A DNA stretch of 64,000 nucleotides from Eledone cirrhosa (lineage: Eukaryota): positions 9,052,001 to 9,116,000 of the forward strand of contig OZ024755.1 in the NCBI GenBank assembly GCA_964016885.1. The letters are read 5' to 3'. A program made the position numbers and the translations under genes. The notes beneath the pieces were generated by a model. That model was not told the origin of the DNA and made no database searches. It saw nothing but the letters and a program-made list of their open reading frames with translations. Of the stretch, positions 1 through 13,434 are shown piece after piece; the stretch's first letter is position 1; the number at the start of each line of letters is the position of its first letter.

Positions 1-63
<63 letters not shown>

Positions 64-436
64 TGGTAATGTCTTCTGAAAAAAAAGGGCGTTTATTTAT
101 CTGTTTGATGCAAGACGTCATTAAAGCACACTGCAAATGTTTTGCTAAAATATATTGCAACAGCTGCAATAGCAATGAGGATGATTGGGTGCATGACACA
201 GTTGTTTATATATATGCAACAGCATAATAATACTGACAGCTTCTACAGAAACCGCAATTATGTTATTAGTTAAACCGTTGAAACAATATATATGTACGTA
301 CCTGTTTCTAAGCACTTCTTTTACTATCTATCTATATATCCATTTGTCAATCTGATGTCTGTCTATATATCCATTTGTCAATCTGATGTCTGTCTATATA
401 TATCTGTATATATCTATATCTATCTATCTATCTATC

Positions 437-840
437 TCCGGACAACAACTTATCCCCTTCTTTAAGTACCACTTCAGAAGGAAGGTGAGAGTGGAGAGAG
501 AGAGGTGCTACACCCCAGTAAATTCGCTGAAAGGTGGGTGAATATGGCGAAAATGGCCCGAGTGGATGGGCCTTCTCTGTATATAAACCTGTAGGTTGAG
601 GAAGATAAACAGCGGGAAGACAGGAACACCTACAAAACGTGTTCCTGGTGGTGAGGGTTGTTCTATCCACGGGGTGTAAAACAAACCCGCAGTAACATTC
701 TCCCCTAATGGGGATTTCAATTGTTTTATTTTATATATAGTTTATTGTTATTTATCATTGTTAAGGATTTTATGTAAAACCACCGCCGTCACATCTTGCA
801 ATGTTCCATTTTTGTACGCCCCTGTGGCAAATAAAGAAAG
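437..840 (+). mobile_element. 5'-truncated L1/Tx1-clade LINE: ORF2 C-terminus plus 3' UTR, within (TATC)n
   Basis: 437-594 reads SGQQLIPFFKYHFRRKVRVERE-(2-nt slip in GA run)-VLHPSKFAERWVNMAKMARVDGPSLYINL*, resembling Tx1 ORF2 ends (F..RW). The UTR ends in AATAAA; (ATCT)n lies on both sides. Confidence 0.65.
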
Positions 841-1046
841 ATATCTATCTACCTGTCTATCTATCTACCTACCTATTCATCTGCCTGTCTGTCATTCTAT
901 CAATCTATCAAACTATCGGTCTATCTATCTGTCTGTTTATATATGTATTTATCTATCTGTCTCTCTTTCTGTCGGTTTCTCTTCTGTCTATCTGTCGTTG
1001 CTTCTTTGTGTGTGTGTGTGTATCTCTGTGTGTGTCTGTGTGTCTT

Positions 1047-1078
<32 letters not shown>

Positions 1079-1257
1079 CGAGTGTGTGTGTGTGCAACTA
1101 ACGGCAGTAAAGTTCAAAGTTCATAGGCTGACCAAGATACTCTCATGGAATGACCAAATGACGTTTATTTTTCCACAATGCATTTAATAAAATGCAGTTA
1201 TCAAGAAGGGTTGAAATTAATGCATGCAAGATTTCACAGCTTTAGCATCACCTGGGA

Positions 1258-1452
1258 CAGACCTGTTTGCTCTCCCCGTCTGACGGGGAGATCTCCCATC
1301 CACGTTGGGGTCGCTGAGAGATGTCTTCTCTTGTGAAAATCGATATAGCTGTCATTATGTAAAATCTCCCCATTTTGCCTCATTTCTCCCTGTTTTGGGA
1401 CACTGTTTTTCATGGTACTCCCCGTTTGGGTTTTTAAAGATTGGCAGGTCTG
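1258..1452 (+). mobile_element. MITE with CAGACCTG...CAGGTCTG terminal inverted repeats (hAT-like)
   Basis: TIRs seen directly; homologous copies at 42444-42635 and 42131-42231. Confidence 0.8.
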
Positions 1453-1533
1453 CCAGGAGGTGCATAATTATTGTTTGGGCTTTGGACCCCCTCTCTCTCT
1501 CTCTCTCTCTTAACTACCTATCTATCTACCTAC

Positions 1534-1564
<31 letters not shown>

Positions 1565-2202
1565 CCTACCTATCTATCTACTTATCTAGCTAGCTAGCCA
1601 CCTACTTATCCATGTATCTATAACTATATATCACTCTGTGATGATTATTATTTCACCAGCCTTGTATAGTATATACCTGTTTTTTCAATTATTATACCAC
1701 CGCTGTAGGTTTTCGACGAACTTAACACGTGAGCCTGTTTCAATTCTATTTGCACCTACCTCATATATATCTCTAATACCTTTTCATACGGAATGTTAAC
1801 TACAATTTCTCAACCATTTCTTCAAACATTAATGTTGGTATATATTCTATCATACCTCACATAATTTGATTTTTTTTTTTTTTTTTTTGCGCTCATATTC
1901 AACATTCAGTTCGGAAAACGTCTCTACTGAAGGTCTTATCTGTGTAGTTGACGCCCCACCCACAGAAGAATTATCACAAACATTCCTATATATCAGGCCC
2001 ATATATTTTAATGTTTGCTTCATATAGATAATATGTTACTAGTTAAGACTAATAAGAGCCTTATTCAACTTAGTACTCCATATTTAAGGATAATAAAGTG
2101 TAGTTATTAGAGGAGAGAATATTCTGTTTCCTTGTCGAAATAGGTAATTAATTTCCCATCTCGACATCAAAATGGTTTCAGCTTGTCTGTAGTGCATTCT
2201 AT

Positions 2203-2241
<39 letters not shown>

Positions 2242-2366
2242 TTTATTTATTTATTATTTTTTTTTATCTTTATTTTTTTTTTTTTTCATTCGCACCGTTT
2301 CCTTTCGCAATATGTCTCTCCACCACTCCCCTACACACCCTTTGAACTCTGTTCCCACACACTTCT

Positions 2367-2399
2367 CACCTGAGGAAGGGCTTATGCCCGAAACGTCGT
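2367..2399 (+). ncRNA. Minimal hammerhead ribozyme motif in a TA-flanked element (about 2238-2480)
   Basis: CTGAGGA-A-GGGC-ttat-GCCC-GAAA-C-GTC; stem I only 2 bp (AC/GT). Confidence 0.65.
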
Positions 2400-2479
2400 C
2401 CCCCACCAACACCCCACTCTCCAGAGCGTGAAATTAATTGTACTGCCTCTCTGTTTTGTTCCTGTTCAAATTTTTCCAT

Positions 2480-2524
<45 letters not shown>

Positions 2525-3016
2525 ATATACCAATCAATCAATTCAGGGCCTTCTCGCTCCCGTTGGAAGAAACCCCTCCCTGGTTGACCTCTGCCACCTT
2601 CTCTTTGGTCTGCTAAATAGATTAAATATACGATGTTTTCAAACATCAGTACTCAGAGACAGTACTAAGTTTACATATGGGCTCTGTGGGTAGGCCTGAC
2701 CCGTTTGAAATATATATTAAAATATAGCGATATAAAATGTAGCGATGAAACACGACATGTTTGACAAAGCTAAAAGCAGTGTAGTTATTAAATATATTTC
2801 ACTTTCTTTGGATGCCACCTTTGTCATAGAAATCGATCCATACATGTTGCTTGTGCAATTGCTATTGCTATTGGTGTTTGTGTTGCTGATGATGTTGGCG
2901 ATGCTAACGATGTGCTACTGTTGTTATTGTTGGGTTTAGTGTTGTTGTAGTTGGTGATGGTGTTGTCGTAGGTGTTAGTGTCGTTGTTGGTGGTGTTTCT
3001 AGTATTGTTATTGATA

Positions 3017-3240
3017 GGGCGGTGGATAGGCAGTACTGGTAGAGCGTCGGACAACATCCTTTGCAGCATAGAGTTATGGTCCTTTACACTCCGAGTTGAA
3101 ATCCCGCCGAGGTTAGTTTTGCCTTTCATCTTTACGGGGTTCATAAAATAAAGTACCAGTAATCCACTGAGGTCAATTTAATCGATTCCCCCCCCCCCCC
3201 AAAAAAAAAGATTGTTGGCCTTGTGCAAAAATCAGAAACC
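3017..3240 (+). mobile_element. tRNA-derived SINE, family 1 (long form)
   Basis: A/B-box-like head, central TTTGCCTTTCATC..GGGGT..ATAAAATAAAGTACCAG, tail TGGCCTTGTGC..AGAAAC; more than 12 copies in the window. Confidence 0.85.
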
Positions 3241-4735
3241 GTTATTATTGTTGTTGATGTTATTGTTGATGTTGATGTTGGTTGTATTGCTGTCGCTGTT
3301 GGTTTTAGTGTTGTTATTGTTAGTGATGGAGGTGAGATTATTGTTGTTAATGATGATGTTGGTGCTAATGTTGTTGATGATACCGATGATGATGATGATG
3401 TTGACGTTGATGTTGTTGTTGTTGTTAATATGGACGATGTTCTTTTGCTTTATTTCTGTGGAGTGTGGGGCTATTAGATGAGGGTTACGGCTTTGTAATC
3501 TTAGATCCCGCCATTCACTTAAAAAGACTAAAATTTGTCGACTTCCGCTGTTTAGTTTGGCTTTGTATGTCAACCTAGTGGCTTTCGATGATGCAATATG
3601 TTAAAAAGCTCGGGGGTCAGGTTGAAGAAAGTAGAGGGGATGATAGGGTGACTCGGTTTCTGGGGGGTTGAGTGGATGTGTTGCTGGATAGCTGTGTGGC
3701 TGGGTGGGTGGTTGTTGAGATTTTCTCACTACATTCCTCAGTTTTTTCTTATACTAATGTCGTGGTTTATGTGTGTGGTCTTTCTTGATTCTAGAGGTCT
3801 ATAGGAACATTTTTCATATTTTTAATTTTTTTTTAAATGTGTGTATATATATATACGTGTGTGTGTGTTTGTGTGTGTTTGTGGGTGTTTGTGTGGGTGT
3901 GTATTTTTTCGTGTTATTTTCCCTTCAAAACATTGTTGATAAGCAATAACAACAAACTAAATGTTAATTTAATTTATTGCAAAAGCCGGGGAGTGGTTCA
4001 CTAGGGCTATAAAAAGGGACCAACCCTTGTCCTTTTTCCATTGAGAGTTATAAACATACGTTCACTAGAGTATATAATACCAAATATTGTACTTGTTGTA
4101 TTACCTAACCTTTAACCCCATCACACACATACAGGAACAAACACGCACACACACATACACACACCCATGGAAACACGCACACATTCTCACACATACAATC
4201 ACTATCACACCCATCCACACTTTCACACATTCACATAAACCTATGTATAGGCACGCTCACATATATTTACACACATACACATATGATACATTCACAAGCA
4301 CTCATACACATATACATTCACACACACATTCACACGCACACACAGACATTCGCACACACACACAGACACATACACATACATATTTACAAATACATACACA
4401 GGTACCAGCACAATCAACCACATAAGTTGGTGCGTTTCATTTTTAAAACAAATCTGCTCCTAAACATAAGTCAGAGATAAAAAAAAATTTTGAAAAATGT
4501 GTGAGTATAGAAATGGTTGCACGAAACCTTTAGGTACGAGGTTAAATTCAGTTGATTTCAGTAATTATATGTATCTTTACGATAAAAGGAATAAAAACAA
4601 CAAACATGACTCTCTTTTTTTCTCTTTTAGTCTGTCTCTCACTTTCTTTATATGAATATATATGTATATTTGTTTGTATATATATATATATATATGTATT
4701 TATGTATATATATATATATATATATATATACATAC

Positions 4736-4772
4736 ATTATGATCCATCTGGTTCCTTACCACAACTCCTTCC
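4736..4772 (+). mobile_element. 3' tail fragment of TA-flanked family B
   Basis: ATGATCCATCTGGTTCCTTACCACAACTCC matches 31977-32008 and the reverse complement of 22045-22075. Confidence 0.7.
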
Positions 4773-4786
4773 TTACATACATACAT

Positions 4787-4852
<66 letters not shown>

Positions 4853-4949
4853 TTATGTGTATCTGTATATATACATATCTATATGTGTATGTATATCTGT
4901 ATATATATTAATATATATATATATGTGTGTGTGTGTGTTTGAATGTGTG

Positions 4950-4991
<42 letters not shown>

Positions 4992-5401
4992 TATATAAAG
5001 TAAGATGGAGAAACAAGATGAGGTAGGTCCTTTGAGTAAGTCTGTTATAGCGATCATACAACAATATTTGCATAAGCGTAGGAACATTTTTACTTAATTT
5101 TAGAGCCATTATTCTACCCACCGCACTCCAACCTTACAAACACACACGCAAATATACACACATAAATGCACAAACAAACAAACACATAAACACATAAACA
5201 TAGATATATACGTATGTATGCCTACCCATATATATATATTCATTTAAATATATATGAACATACCATCTTTTCTTTCACATTTCTTTACTGCGTCTGTCAC
5301 ACTTCATCATCATTATCATCACAATCTTTACCATTATTTCACGTCTGATTTCCCTGCTAGGAAATATTGGACTTCAATACAAATAAATAAATATTTAATA
5401 T

Positions 5402-5445
<44 letters not shown>

Positions 5446-5461
5446 ATTTATGTATGTATGT

Positions 5462-5662
5462 ATTGGGTAGTGTTTTCGATGCACAGAGAGTGGGATTGGT
5501 TGAGTGCAAGGCCTTTCCCCGCTTAAAAAAACATTCAAAGCACGGGCATTGCTTGTTCAGGCTATGTTACAGGTTTGAATGACTGGCCGTAGCCTAAAAT
5601 TGCACCAAACTCTATAATCCTCCAAGCAACTGCAGTACTCTTAGCAGAGTTTGCAGCCATCA
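5462..5662 (+). mobile_element. Short RTE-related non-autonomous retroelement with (ATGT)n tail
   Basis: Shares GAGAGTGGGA.TGG..GCAC.GGCATTGCTT and terminal GAGTT.GCAGCCA.CATGTATG with 39594-40205. Confidence 0.6.
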
Positions 5663-6346
5663 TGTATGTATGTATATGCATCTATCCTTTGTGATCCTAT
5701 CTCTATTTTTGTACTCCTGAAGAAGGGCTGAAACCCGACGACTCTAAACAACTTGAAATAAATTACTAGTGAAGGATTGATGCCGTTATAATTGACTTTG
5801 CTCTCCCCGAAAATTAATTTTCTGATACCTAAATTAGAAATCATATTTCTAAGGTAAGACACTACCTATGATTTTCAAATTAGTTGTAATCTAATCAAGA
5901 ACATGAAAGGATTTAGTAATATAACTAACTTTATCATTGAGCTGGTGGTTGGGCCCATGAAGAGATGAATCATTATAATATCATGATTTTTATAATGAAG
6001 TTTAATATATATAGAAAGAAATCACAGGTACATTTACATTTAGCCTTTTGAGGTTTTTTTTCTCTTTCTCTATGTTACAAATGAAATATCCCGTACCGGA
6101 TATATCCTTTTGATTATGCGCAATGAAATTATCTTCATTAAACAGGTTACCTTATCTAAATGCTTTCTGTTTCCTGCCATTAAAATTAAGGAATGTAAGG
6201 TAAGAAATAAAATTTCGGCCCTTATCAATTAAGATTTTCAGCTTTGGACAGATTACAGCGGGGTTTACTCCTCAGATATTTTGACAATCTGCTTTTTTCA
6301 TATGCTACTGTTTCAGCTTTGATATATTGTTCATAAATTATTTCAG

Positions 6347-6429
<83 letters not shown>

Positions 6430-6618
6430 TTTTGTTTAAATGTTATGCATATATATATATATATGTATGTATGTATGTATATTTGTGTGTGTGTGTTTAC
6501 GTGTATACAGCGTGGGTGGGTAAAATATGCATAGTATTTAAACATAAAACTTCGCATGAAAATTAAGCTCAATATAGCCACACGCACGCTCACATATATA
6601 TGTATATATGTATGTATG

Positions 6619-6651
<33 letters not shown>

Positions 6652-6927
6652 TTGTGTATGTGTTGTGTGTTGTGTGTTGTGTGTGTGTGTTTGTGTATGT
6701 ATGTGTGTGTGTGTGTGTGTTGTGCGTTGTGTGTGTGTGTGTGTATGTCTGTGTGTGTGTGTGTGTGCAGAGCGTATGAGTGATAGAGAATAATCACAGA
6801 AAGAAGATAAAGCATAAAATGTAACTAAATTGAGCGGAATACATCCCCACTCACACGCCCCCCCCCCCCCCCACACACACACACAGACATGAACACTTAC
6901 CTACATTTATACACACACACACACACA

Positions 6928-6985
<58 letters not shown>

Positions 6986-6991
<6 letters not shown>

Positions 6992-7190
6992 TAAAAAGGA
7001 AAAGAAAATGCTGGCAAATTTTTCCCAGTGAAAAATAGTTTAATTAGGAATAAGTATAAATTAGTAATACTTAATACTAATTTATACTTATTCCTAATTA
7101 AACTATTTTTCACTGGGAAAAATTTGTCAGCATTTTATTTTCCTTTTTACTAATAAATCACAACTCGTGTGTCACACCTCTATTTTTTTA
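6986..7190. repeat. TA-flanked long inverted repeat (arms about 81 bp, 8-nt spacer) plus short unique tail
   Basis: 6986-7066 is the reverse complement of 7075-7155 with 2 mismatches. Confidence 0.9.
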
Positions 7191-7791
7191 AATATATATA
7201 TATATATATATTTATTTATTTAGTTATGTAATAAAGAACATAAGATAATTATTTCATTATTTCCTGTACCTTTCTGACGGAAATACTTCATTTATATATA
7301 TATATTGAGATATAATTGTGTGTGTAAAGATCCTTGTATGATAGTTAGATATTCCCACACACACAACTATAAGCACTTTTCACGTTTCTGAGCACATATC
7401 GTGCATCCGTGGAGAAGGAAGAATCTTTACATCGGCATGTTAGTACCGTTTCCTCCTACTCCTTTTAATTCTTCCATATCTCGCAACAATCCCTATCAGA
7501 ATTATGCAAACTCAATTCTGAATATGGAGTGATAGTGTCAAAGAATTTATGGGTATGGCATCTAAAATTTGAAAAGAATCTTTTATTTTTATTTTCCTTT
7601 TTTTTTTAAAGATTTAAGTTCTATCCTGTAACCTCTCGGGGTTTTGGACCACACCGAAGAAATGGTCCCTATGCACTGATTCATGGAATAACATACTGTA
7701 TAGTTTTTCTCTTTCCTTTACCCGAGACATGACCCATGTGACAATATCACTGTTCATCCATAAGAGTTACCAAAATACTAGTTTATAAGTT

Positions 7792-7821
7792 ACTAGCTGA
7801 CGTACCCAGCTTCGCCCGGGT
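7792..7821 (-). mobile_element. Helitron-like 3' terminus (GC hairpin then CTAG-T)
   Basis: Minus strand ACCCGGGC-gaa-GCTGGGT followed by ACGTCAGCTAGT. Confidence 0.55.
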
Positions 7822-8269
7822 AAATATATGATAAGAGAAGATAGGTAGAAGAGAAAATGACTGTATTGGATGTGTTATCTGGTTTATAGTATAAGGCGAG
7901 ACCGTGGGATGTATGTGTGACAAAAAAACAGTAAAAGTTCTGCCAGATTCACCATATTCTTCGTTTTACCGTTAGTGCATTGTATATGAAGATTTCTAGA
8001 TGATCCCACTCGTGAACAACCTACATATAACCGTCCATGGGTAAAAAGCGATTATTTTGTTTTCAGTCCTACAACTTTGAAACTCAGAGCATGAGCTTTA
8101 TTTATGGTCATAACAAAATTGGCTCTAACAGGGAACTGAAGTATTTGAAAATCATAAGTAGTGTCTTTCATTAGATTTAAGGTAATAACCCAAGAACAAA
8201 AACTATTCTTTCGATATATTTCCACGTATTTTCTGTTTAACAACATTTCACTTCAATACTTTGGTCGAC

Positions 8270-8375
8270 CTTATATTATGTTAGAAGACACTTGCTCAAA
8301 ATACCGCCCATGAGATTAATCTAGAAAACAACGTATTTGAGGCGCAAAATGTTTAAGCACACAGCCATAGCAGCG
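8270..8375 (-). mobile_element. Degraded CORE-type tRNA SINE fragment
   Basis: AGAAGACACTTGCTCAA...CACACAGCCAT resembles the reverse complement of a tRNA head plus CORE segment. Confidence 0.45.
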
Positions 8376-9025
8376 CCAATGCTTTGTCGATTGCAAGAAA
8401 GAATGTGACATGACATTCTCTCACAATTTCAATGAAGTCGATACGAATAAGACACTCGGCCTTCATTTAATCCTTCTTTTCTAAGAAGCACAGCTTGTCA
8501 TGAACACGATAGTGAGATGGGTTTCATGACAGGCGCTTAAGGCGTATATTTGCCATCAACTGCCAAGATTATGTCGATAATGCAAAAGTGTACATACTGT
8601 CAGGATAAAGAAATCTCCACCTAAAATTCCACATATCATTACTGAGATAGTTAGGCTGCCAAATACGCCACCCGCACAGCAACATATACTCACATTGTAA
8701 ATCGTTCGACCATATAAATGTGAGGACAACAACGAATATGAGAATTTGTAGAACATAATAAAATACTGATAACTAGCATTCTTTAATTATGAAACGAAAT
8801 AAATGTACCACCAACGAATATTTTGGGATGCAATATTTCTTCTCCCACGGAGAATGAACTACTGGAGTTAAATAAAATATACAAGCAATATAGTTATTTT
8901 TTAACGTAGCCAGTATCTTCTCTGTATATGAGTGCCGGAATATCACAGATATATATATATCTGTGATATTCCGGAATATCACAGATATATATATAGAAGG
9001 GGTTACACAACAATTAGTTCACCAT

Positions 9026-9067
9026 ACCGAGAACAATTGTTTCACCTTAGCGGATCCTCAGCTCGGT
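9026..9067 (-). ncRNA. Complete type I hammerhead ribozyme in an inverted-repeat element (8994-9198)
   Basis: ACCGAG-CTGAGGA-T-CC-gctaa-GG-T-GAAA-C-aatt-GTT-CTCGGT: 6-bp stem I, palindromic stem III ACAATTGT, GUU site. Confidence 0.8.
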
Positions 9068-9241
9068 GGGGATCTGCTAAGGTGAAACAATTGTTCTCGG
9101 TATGGTGAACTAACTGTTGTGTAACCACTTCTACCTAACTCGTCTCATGGACTGAGTGCTCTACCACTACGGATATTACCTTCCAGTGTTCTAACACTAT
9201 ATATATATATATATGTGTATGTATATATTTAATATAGAAAG

Positions 9242-9290
9242 GCTTCTACAGGACTAGAACTGTTTCATTCGGGAGAAATCATCAGGAAGC
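9242..9290 (-). ncRNA. Complete hammerhead ribozyme, family A (element 9228-9425)
   Basis: GCTTC-CTGATGA-T-TTC-tccc-GAA-T-GAA-ACAG-ttctagtc-CTGT-A-GAAGC; GUA site. Confidence 0.8.
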
Positions 9291-9337
9291 TTACTGATGA
9301 TTTCTCCCGAATGAAACAGTTCTAGTCCTGTAGAAGC
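9289..9337 (+). ncRNA. Second, oppositely oriented family A hammerhead
   Basis: Inverted copy of 9242-9290 with one stem I mismatch next to the core. Confidence 0.7.
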
Positions 9338-9528
9338 CTTTCTATATTAAATATTTATACTCTGCTTTGTATTGAGTACCTTACTTACTGTGGTTTACCC
9401 CGATTGAACCCGAGATAAACTTATGTATATATATATATATACGAAATATAAACGGAAACGACAAAGCAAACAACACAATATAATGTACATATATATTAGT
9501 TTAATTCTTGATATAATAGGGAAAAAGA

Positions 9529-9562
9529 CTTTATGTTTCGGACACTAGTCCTACATCAGAAG
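9529..9562 (-). ncRNA. Degenerate hammerhead, same family as 39295-39330 (element about 9440-9620)
   Basis: CTT-CTGATGT-AGGAC-tagt-GTCC-GAAACATA-AAG; core A9 and stem III G are mutated. Confidence 0.6.
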
Positions 9563-9949
9563 ATAGAGTGAGAAATAGAGATGAAATAGAAAAAGTGTGT
9601 AAGAGGAGGAAAGAACGGTTGTTTTGAAATGAATTCTTCTAGAACAGTGTATATACTCAAGTAAACATCGAATATCTGAAGATTATGTTTTTAGATTAAA
9701 TCTATGGGGTTGACTATTATATGGATGCTAATTACAAGGGACTGAAGTTGATACTACATTCAAAATATCAAATCAATAAACAGAAGCTCAATTGGACTCT
9801 AAAGGAAGAAAACAAAAATCTACGTATTACAGAATTAATACGAATGTTTCTACGCATCAAAATACATTTCCAACTACCAAAACACAAATAAAACGGCGTA
9901 TATATTTCCTCTTGCAAATATCAGAACGTAATAACGCAGAAAAACTAAT

Positions 9950-10330
9950 ATCTTCTTTGAATACCATATGTCTAACACCTGTGGACATGCTTACAAGATC
10001 AGAAAACAGTACAGCGCCCATGACTTTCGGAAACATATTTTCATGCTCAGAGCTGCTGAAGCATGGAACTACCTGCATCAGTTGTCAGCTGTGGGGGCAC
10101 TGCATCCTTTAAAACTTCCATGCTTCCCGAAATTCCCCAACACAAACACCTGATATTACCCCTCCATACACACGCACGGCAGTGTGTGCGTGTCTGTATC
10201 TGTTTGTATATCATGACTCATACACTGTTCACTTTCCTGACATTTGTATATTATTCTATGTACCATACATGCACCTTTGATAAGTTATAGTGCACCTGAG
10301 CACTGTATACAATAATTTTCATTATTATTA
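9950..10330 (+). mobile_element. CR1-group LINE 3' end (ORF2 C-terminus, UTR, (ATT)n tail)
   Basis: SNTCGHAYKIRKQYSAHDFRKHIFMLRAAEAWNYL matches the CR1 pattern TRGH..K....RK.FF..R...WN.L. Confidence 0.8.
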
Positions 10331-11002
10331 TAACAGTTTACGTTCAGGATAATATCTTGATTAAAAAAATGTTGGACTTTTCTACTCTGGAGAGGTAGAG
10401 TCAATTTTTATATGAGAAACATTGGAAAATCGTAGGTTTTCAGCAAACATTGGAGTGGGGGTTGATTTTAAACGAGTACATATGATAGATATTTTATGAA
10501 TATATAGTTTTGTATGATCTTTTAGTATGTGGAATGATCAGTCATTTCAGACTAATTTTGCGAGCAGATAATTCCTGTGGCTGAATCAACAGCAACACTT
10601 GTCGTTGGAAATGAGGGCGGTGAATATATACACGTGTGTGCCTCTGTGTGTGTGAGTGAGTGTGTGTGAGTGTGTGTGCGCGTGTGTGTGTATATATATA
10701 TATATGTATATATATCTATATATATATATACATATATATCAAAGGTATATATTGAGTTAGAAACTCAAAATACTCTCTTACAATTAAGTAGCTCAAAGAA
10801 AGAGATTTTTCAGAGCAATATATTATAATTGAATATAAAAGAGAAATAAACACAGATATATAGACATATGTGTTCAAATCGTAAGGGAGCGGGTTCGCTT
10901 GGGTGAAAAAAATACTAACTATAACCAATAGGGTTTGCCAGACTCAATTTAAAAGAATAAATCAAGAAAATAAATACAAACCGATATAGGGTAACTACCA
11001 GA

Positions 11003-11035
11003 CCCTCAGACAGCTCTTGGTGGAACTGTTTCGCA
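11003..11035 (-). ncRNA. 3' half of a hammerhead at the truncated 5' end of a TA-flanked element (about 10885-11040)
   Basis: GAA-ACAGTTC-caccaa-GAGCTGT-C: 7-bp stem III and GUC; CUGANGA is absent. Confidence 0.55.
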
Positions 11036-11220
11036 ATGTATATACTTATATATATATGTATATTTATATACATATATGCATATAAATATACACATATATA
11101 TATATACAGAAACATATATATATATGTGGGGGGGGGGGGGTTGTATGTGTCTGTGTCCTCGAGAATTAGTTCCATTATATAACTGATGGCGGGAGTGTGT
11201 ATATATATCCATACATACAC

Positions 11221-11254
<34 letters not shown>

Positions 11255-11483
11255 TAGTGTATACATATATGAGTGATAGGTAGATAGAGATAGTGAGATA
11301 GATGGAGGGGTGATGTTAAGCAACATGGTTGATAGGAAAAGAATGGTTTTCATTTTAAATTAATTCTCCTGCCACTCACTCTTTCCCTACTTCTAGTTTG
11401 ATCATCTCCTACTGCGTTACACGAAATATATAAATACACGTCTAATATTACTATATGTGTATGTTAGTTTCTATATCTACCTA

Positions 11484-11556
<73 letters not shown>

Positions 11557-11889
11557 ATCTACTTCTCTCTCTCTCTCTCTCTCTCTCTCCCTCTCTCTCT
11601 CCCTCATTCTCTCCCTCTCTCTCTCTCTCTCTCTCTATTTATATCTATATATATATGTGCGTGTGTGTGAATGTATATGTGTATATATATATATATGCAC
11701 ACAGAGGGACATAGATTTATACTTGTGTATGATTGGCTGATCTAAATATACACATGCCATAGTTTAGTTCCTCTAATACGAACGTCACGGTCCAGTAAGT
11801 AAACAGGCAATAACTGACGTCTGATCACCAATTCCTGTCTCAAGATATTTGCTACGGATTTATCGTCAAGCAGACATTTTCTTGTTTGA

Positions 11890-12030
11890 GTTATTTGGGG
11901 GCGTCAGATAGAGTTCTTTGTGGAAATTTGGACATTATTCCGACTCTCTGCATTCTGTGTTCAATTTCTTCCGAGGTCAACTTCGTCTTTCAGGATCGAT
12001 GAATAAAGTACCAGAGGAGTACTAGAGGCG
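11890..12030 (+). mobile_element. Degraded SINE family 1
   Basis: GTTCAATTTC..CGAGGTCAACTT..GATCGATGAATAAAGTACCAG. Confidence 0.6.
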
Positions 12031-12134
12031 ATTCATCTTCTCTCTAGCTATCTTTATTTTTTTGTCAATTTGTCACCCACCCGTTCTCCGGTTATGTTCA
12101 AACCTGAAGATGGAGAGGGTACTGACAGGTCTCT

Positions 12135-12395
12135 TAACTTCGATTCCGATGCGTTGAGTTTGGGGCAAAATACTTTATTTCACATTGCTCCAATACACTT
12201 AGCAGAAAAAGAGAAAAAAAAGAATGTTGTATCTATAGTTCAAAGTACCAGCTTGTCGGACATTTCACGATGAATCTCCTTGAAAATTACATTAAATGTA
12301 CAAGTTTATGCCGTTTGTTCATGCACATTAAGTTTCACGTACAGGCTGTTACCATGATCAAATAATTGCAACACTCGACGTCGAAAACGACGGAT
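12135..12395 (+). mobile_element. CORE-type tRNA SINE, family 2 (degraded)
   Basis: GGGCAAAATACTTTATTTCACATTGCTCCA plus body shared with 34487-34785. Confidence 0.7.
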
Positions 12396-12831
12396 GCCCA
12401 GTCCACCTATCACCGATACGACCATTTCAATTGTTGCTATAGAGCTGCCTCAGACCGCAATGAAGTAGAGTCGTTCGTTAAAATGTCGGGGAAAATTATT
12501 TTCAGCATTTGTAGGGGTTCGATCTGAGATCAAAATACATGTTACCTATCATCCAGTCAAAATACATTTTACCTATCATCTCTTCTGTAAATGATTCTTC
12601 TTCTCGCTTTTTTTGTTTGTTTCACTCACTCTTCCCTCTCTATCTCATTCAGGCCCAGGGAAGGATAGGCTTCGACAGTTTTAAAATGTTCATGACGGTG
12701 CCATAAGGATCCCAGCTGGAGTTAAGGATCAATGGAGTTTACACACCTCTGTGTTAAGCTTTGAATATTAATATGTTAAATTGTATGTATACTAGTATAC
12801 TAAACACACAGACGTATCTATTATCTATCTA

Positions 12832-13029
<198 letters not shown>

Positions 13030-13103
13030 ATGTACTATATAAAACATGTTACTTGAGATATTCCGAAGCATTCTTTTTTGTTATGTTCCAAACACCAGTT
13101 TAA

Positions 13104-13159
13104 CCCTTTCGATATCAAACTACTTGAAACTACCCTGGTTCTATAATATAATGAAAGAG
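13104..13159. mobile_element. Internally deleted piggyBac-like MITE (TTAA target site)
   Basis: TTAA-CCCTTTC...GAAAGAG-TTAA; related to 61684-61914. Confidence 0.65.
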
Positions 13160-13185
13160 TTAAAACAACATTGTTTTAACCGTTT

Positions 13186-13368
13186 GGTGGATTGGCAGTA
13201 TCGGTAGAGGGTCGGACGCCATGCTTTCCAGCATAGTTACGTCCCTTTACGATCTGAGTTCAAATCCCGCCGAGGTTGACTTTGCCTTTCATCCTTACGG
13301 GGTCGATAAAATAAAGTACCAGTAATGCACTGGGTAATTGCTGGCCTTGTGCCAAAAGTAGAAACAAT
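13186..13368 (+). mobile_element. SINE family 1, young short subfamily
   Basis: Near-identical to 17314-17496 and to the reverse complement of 26817-26999. Confidence 0.9.
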
Positions 13369-13396
13369 TATATATATATATACATACACATAGATG

Positions 13397-13434
<38 letters not shown>

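Noticed and set aside
5713-5745. CTGAAGA-AGGG-ctgaaa-CCC-GACG hammerhead-like motif
   Set aside because: GAAA is replaced by GACG and there is no stem I or III; at most a dead relic.
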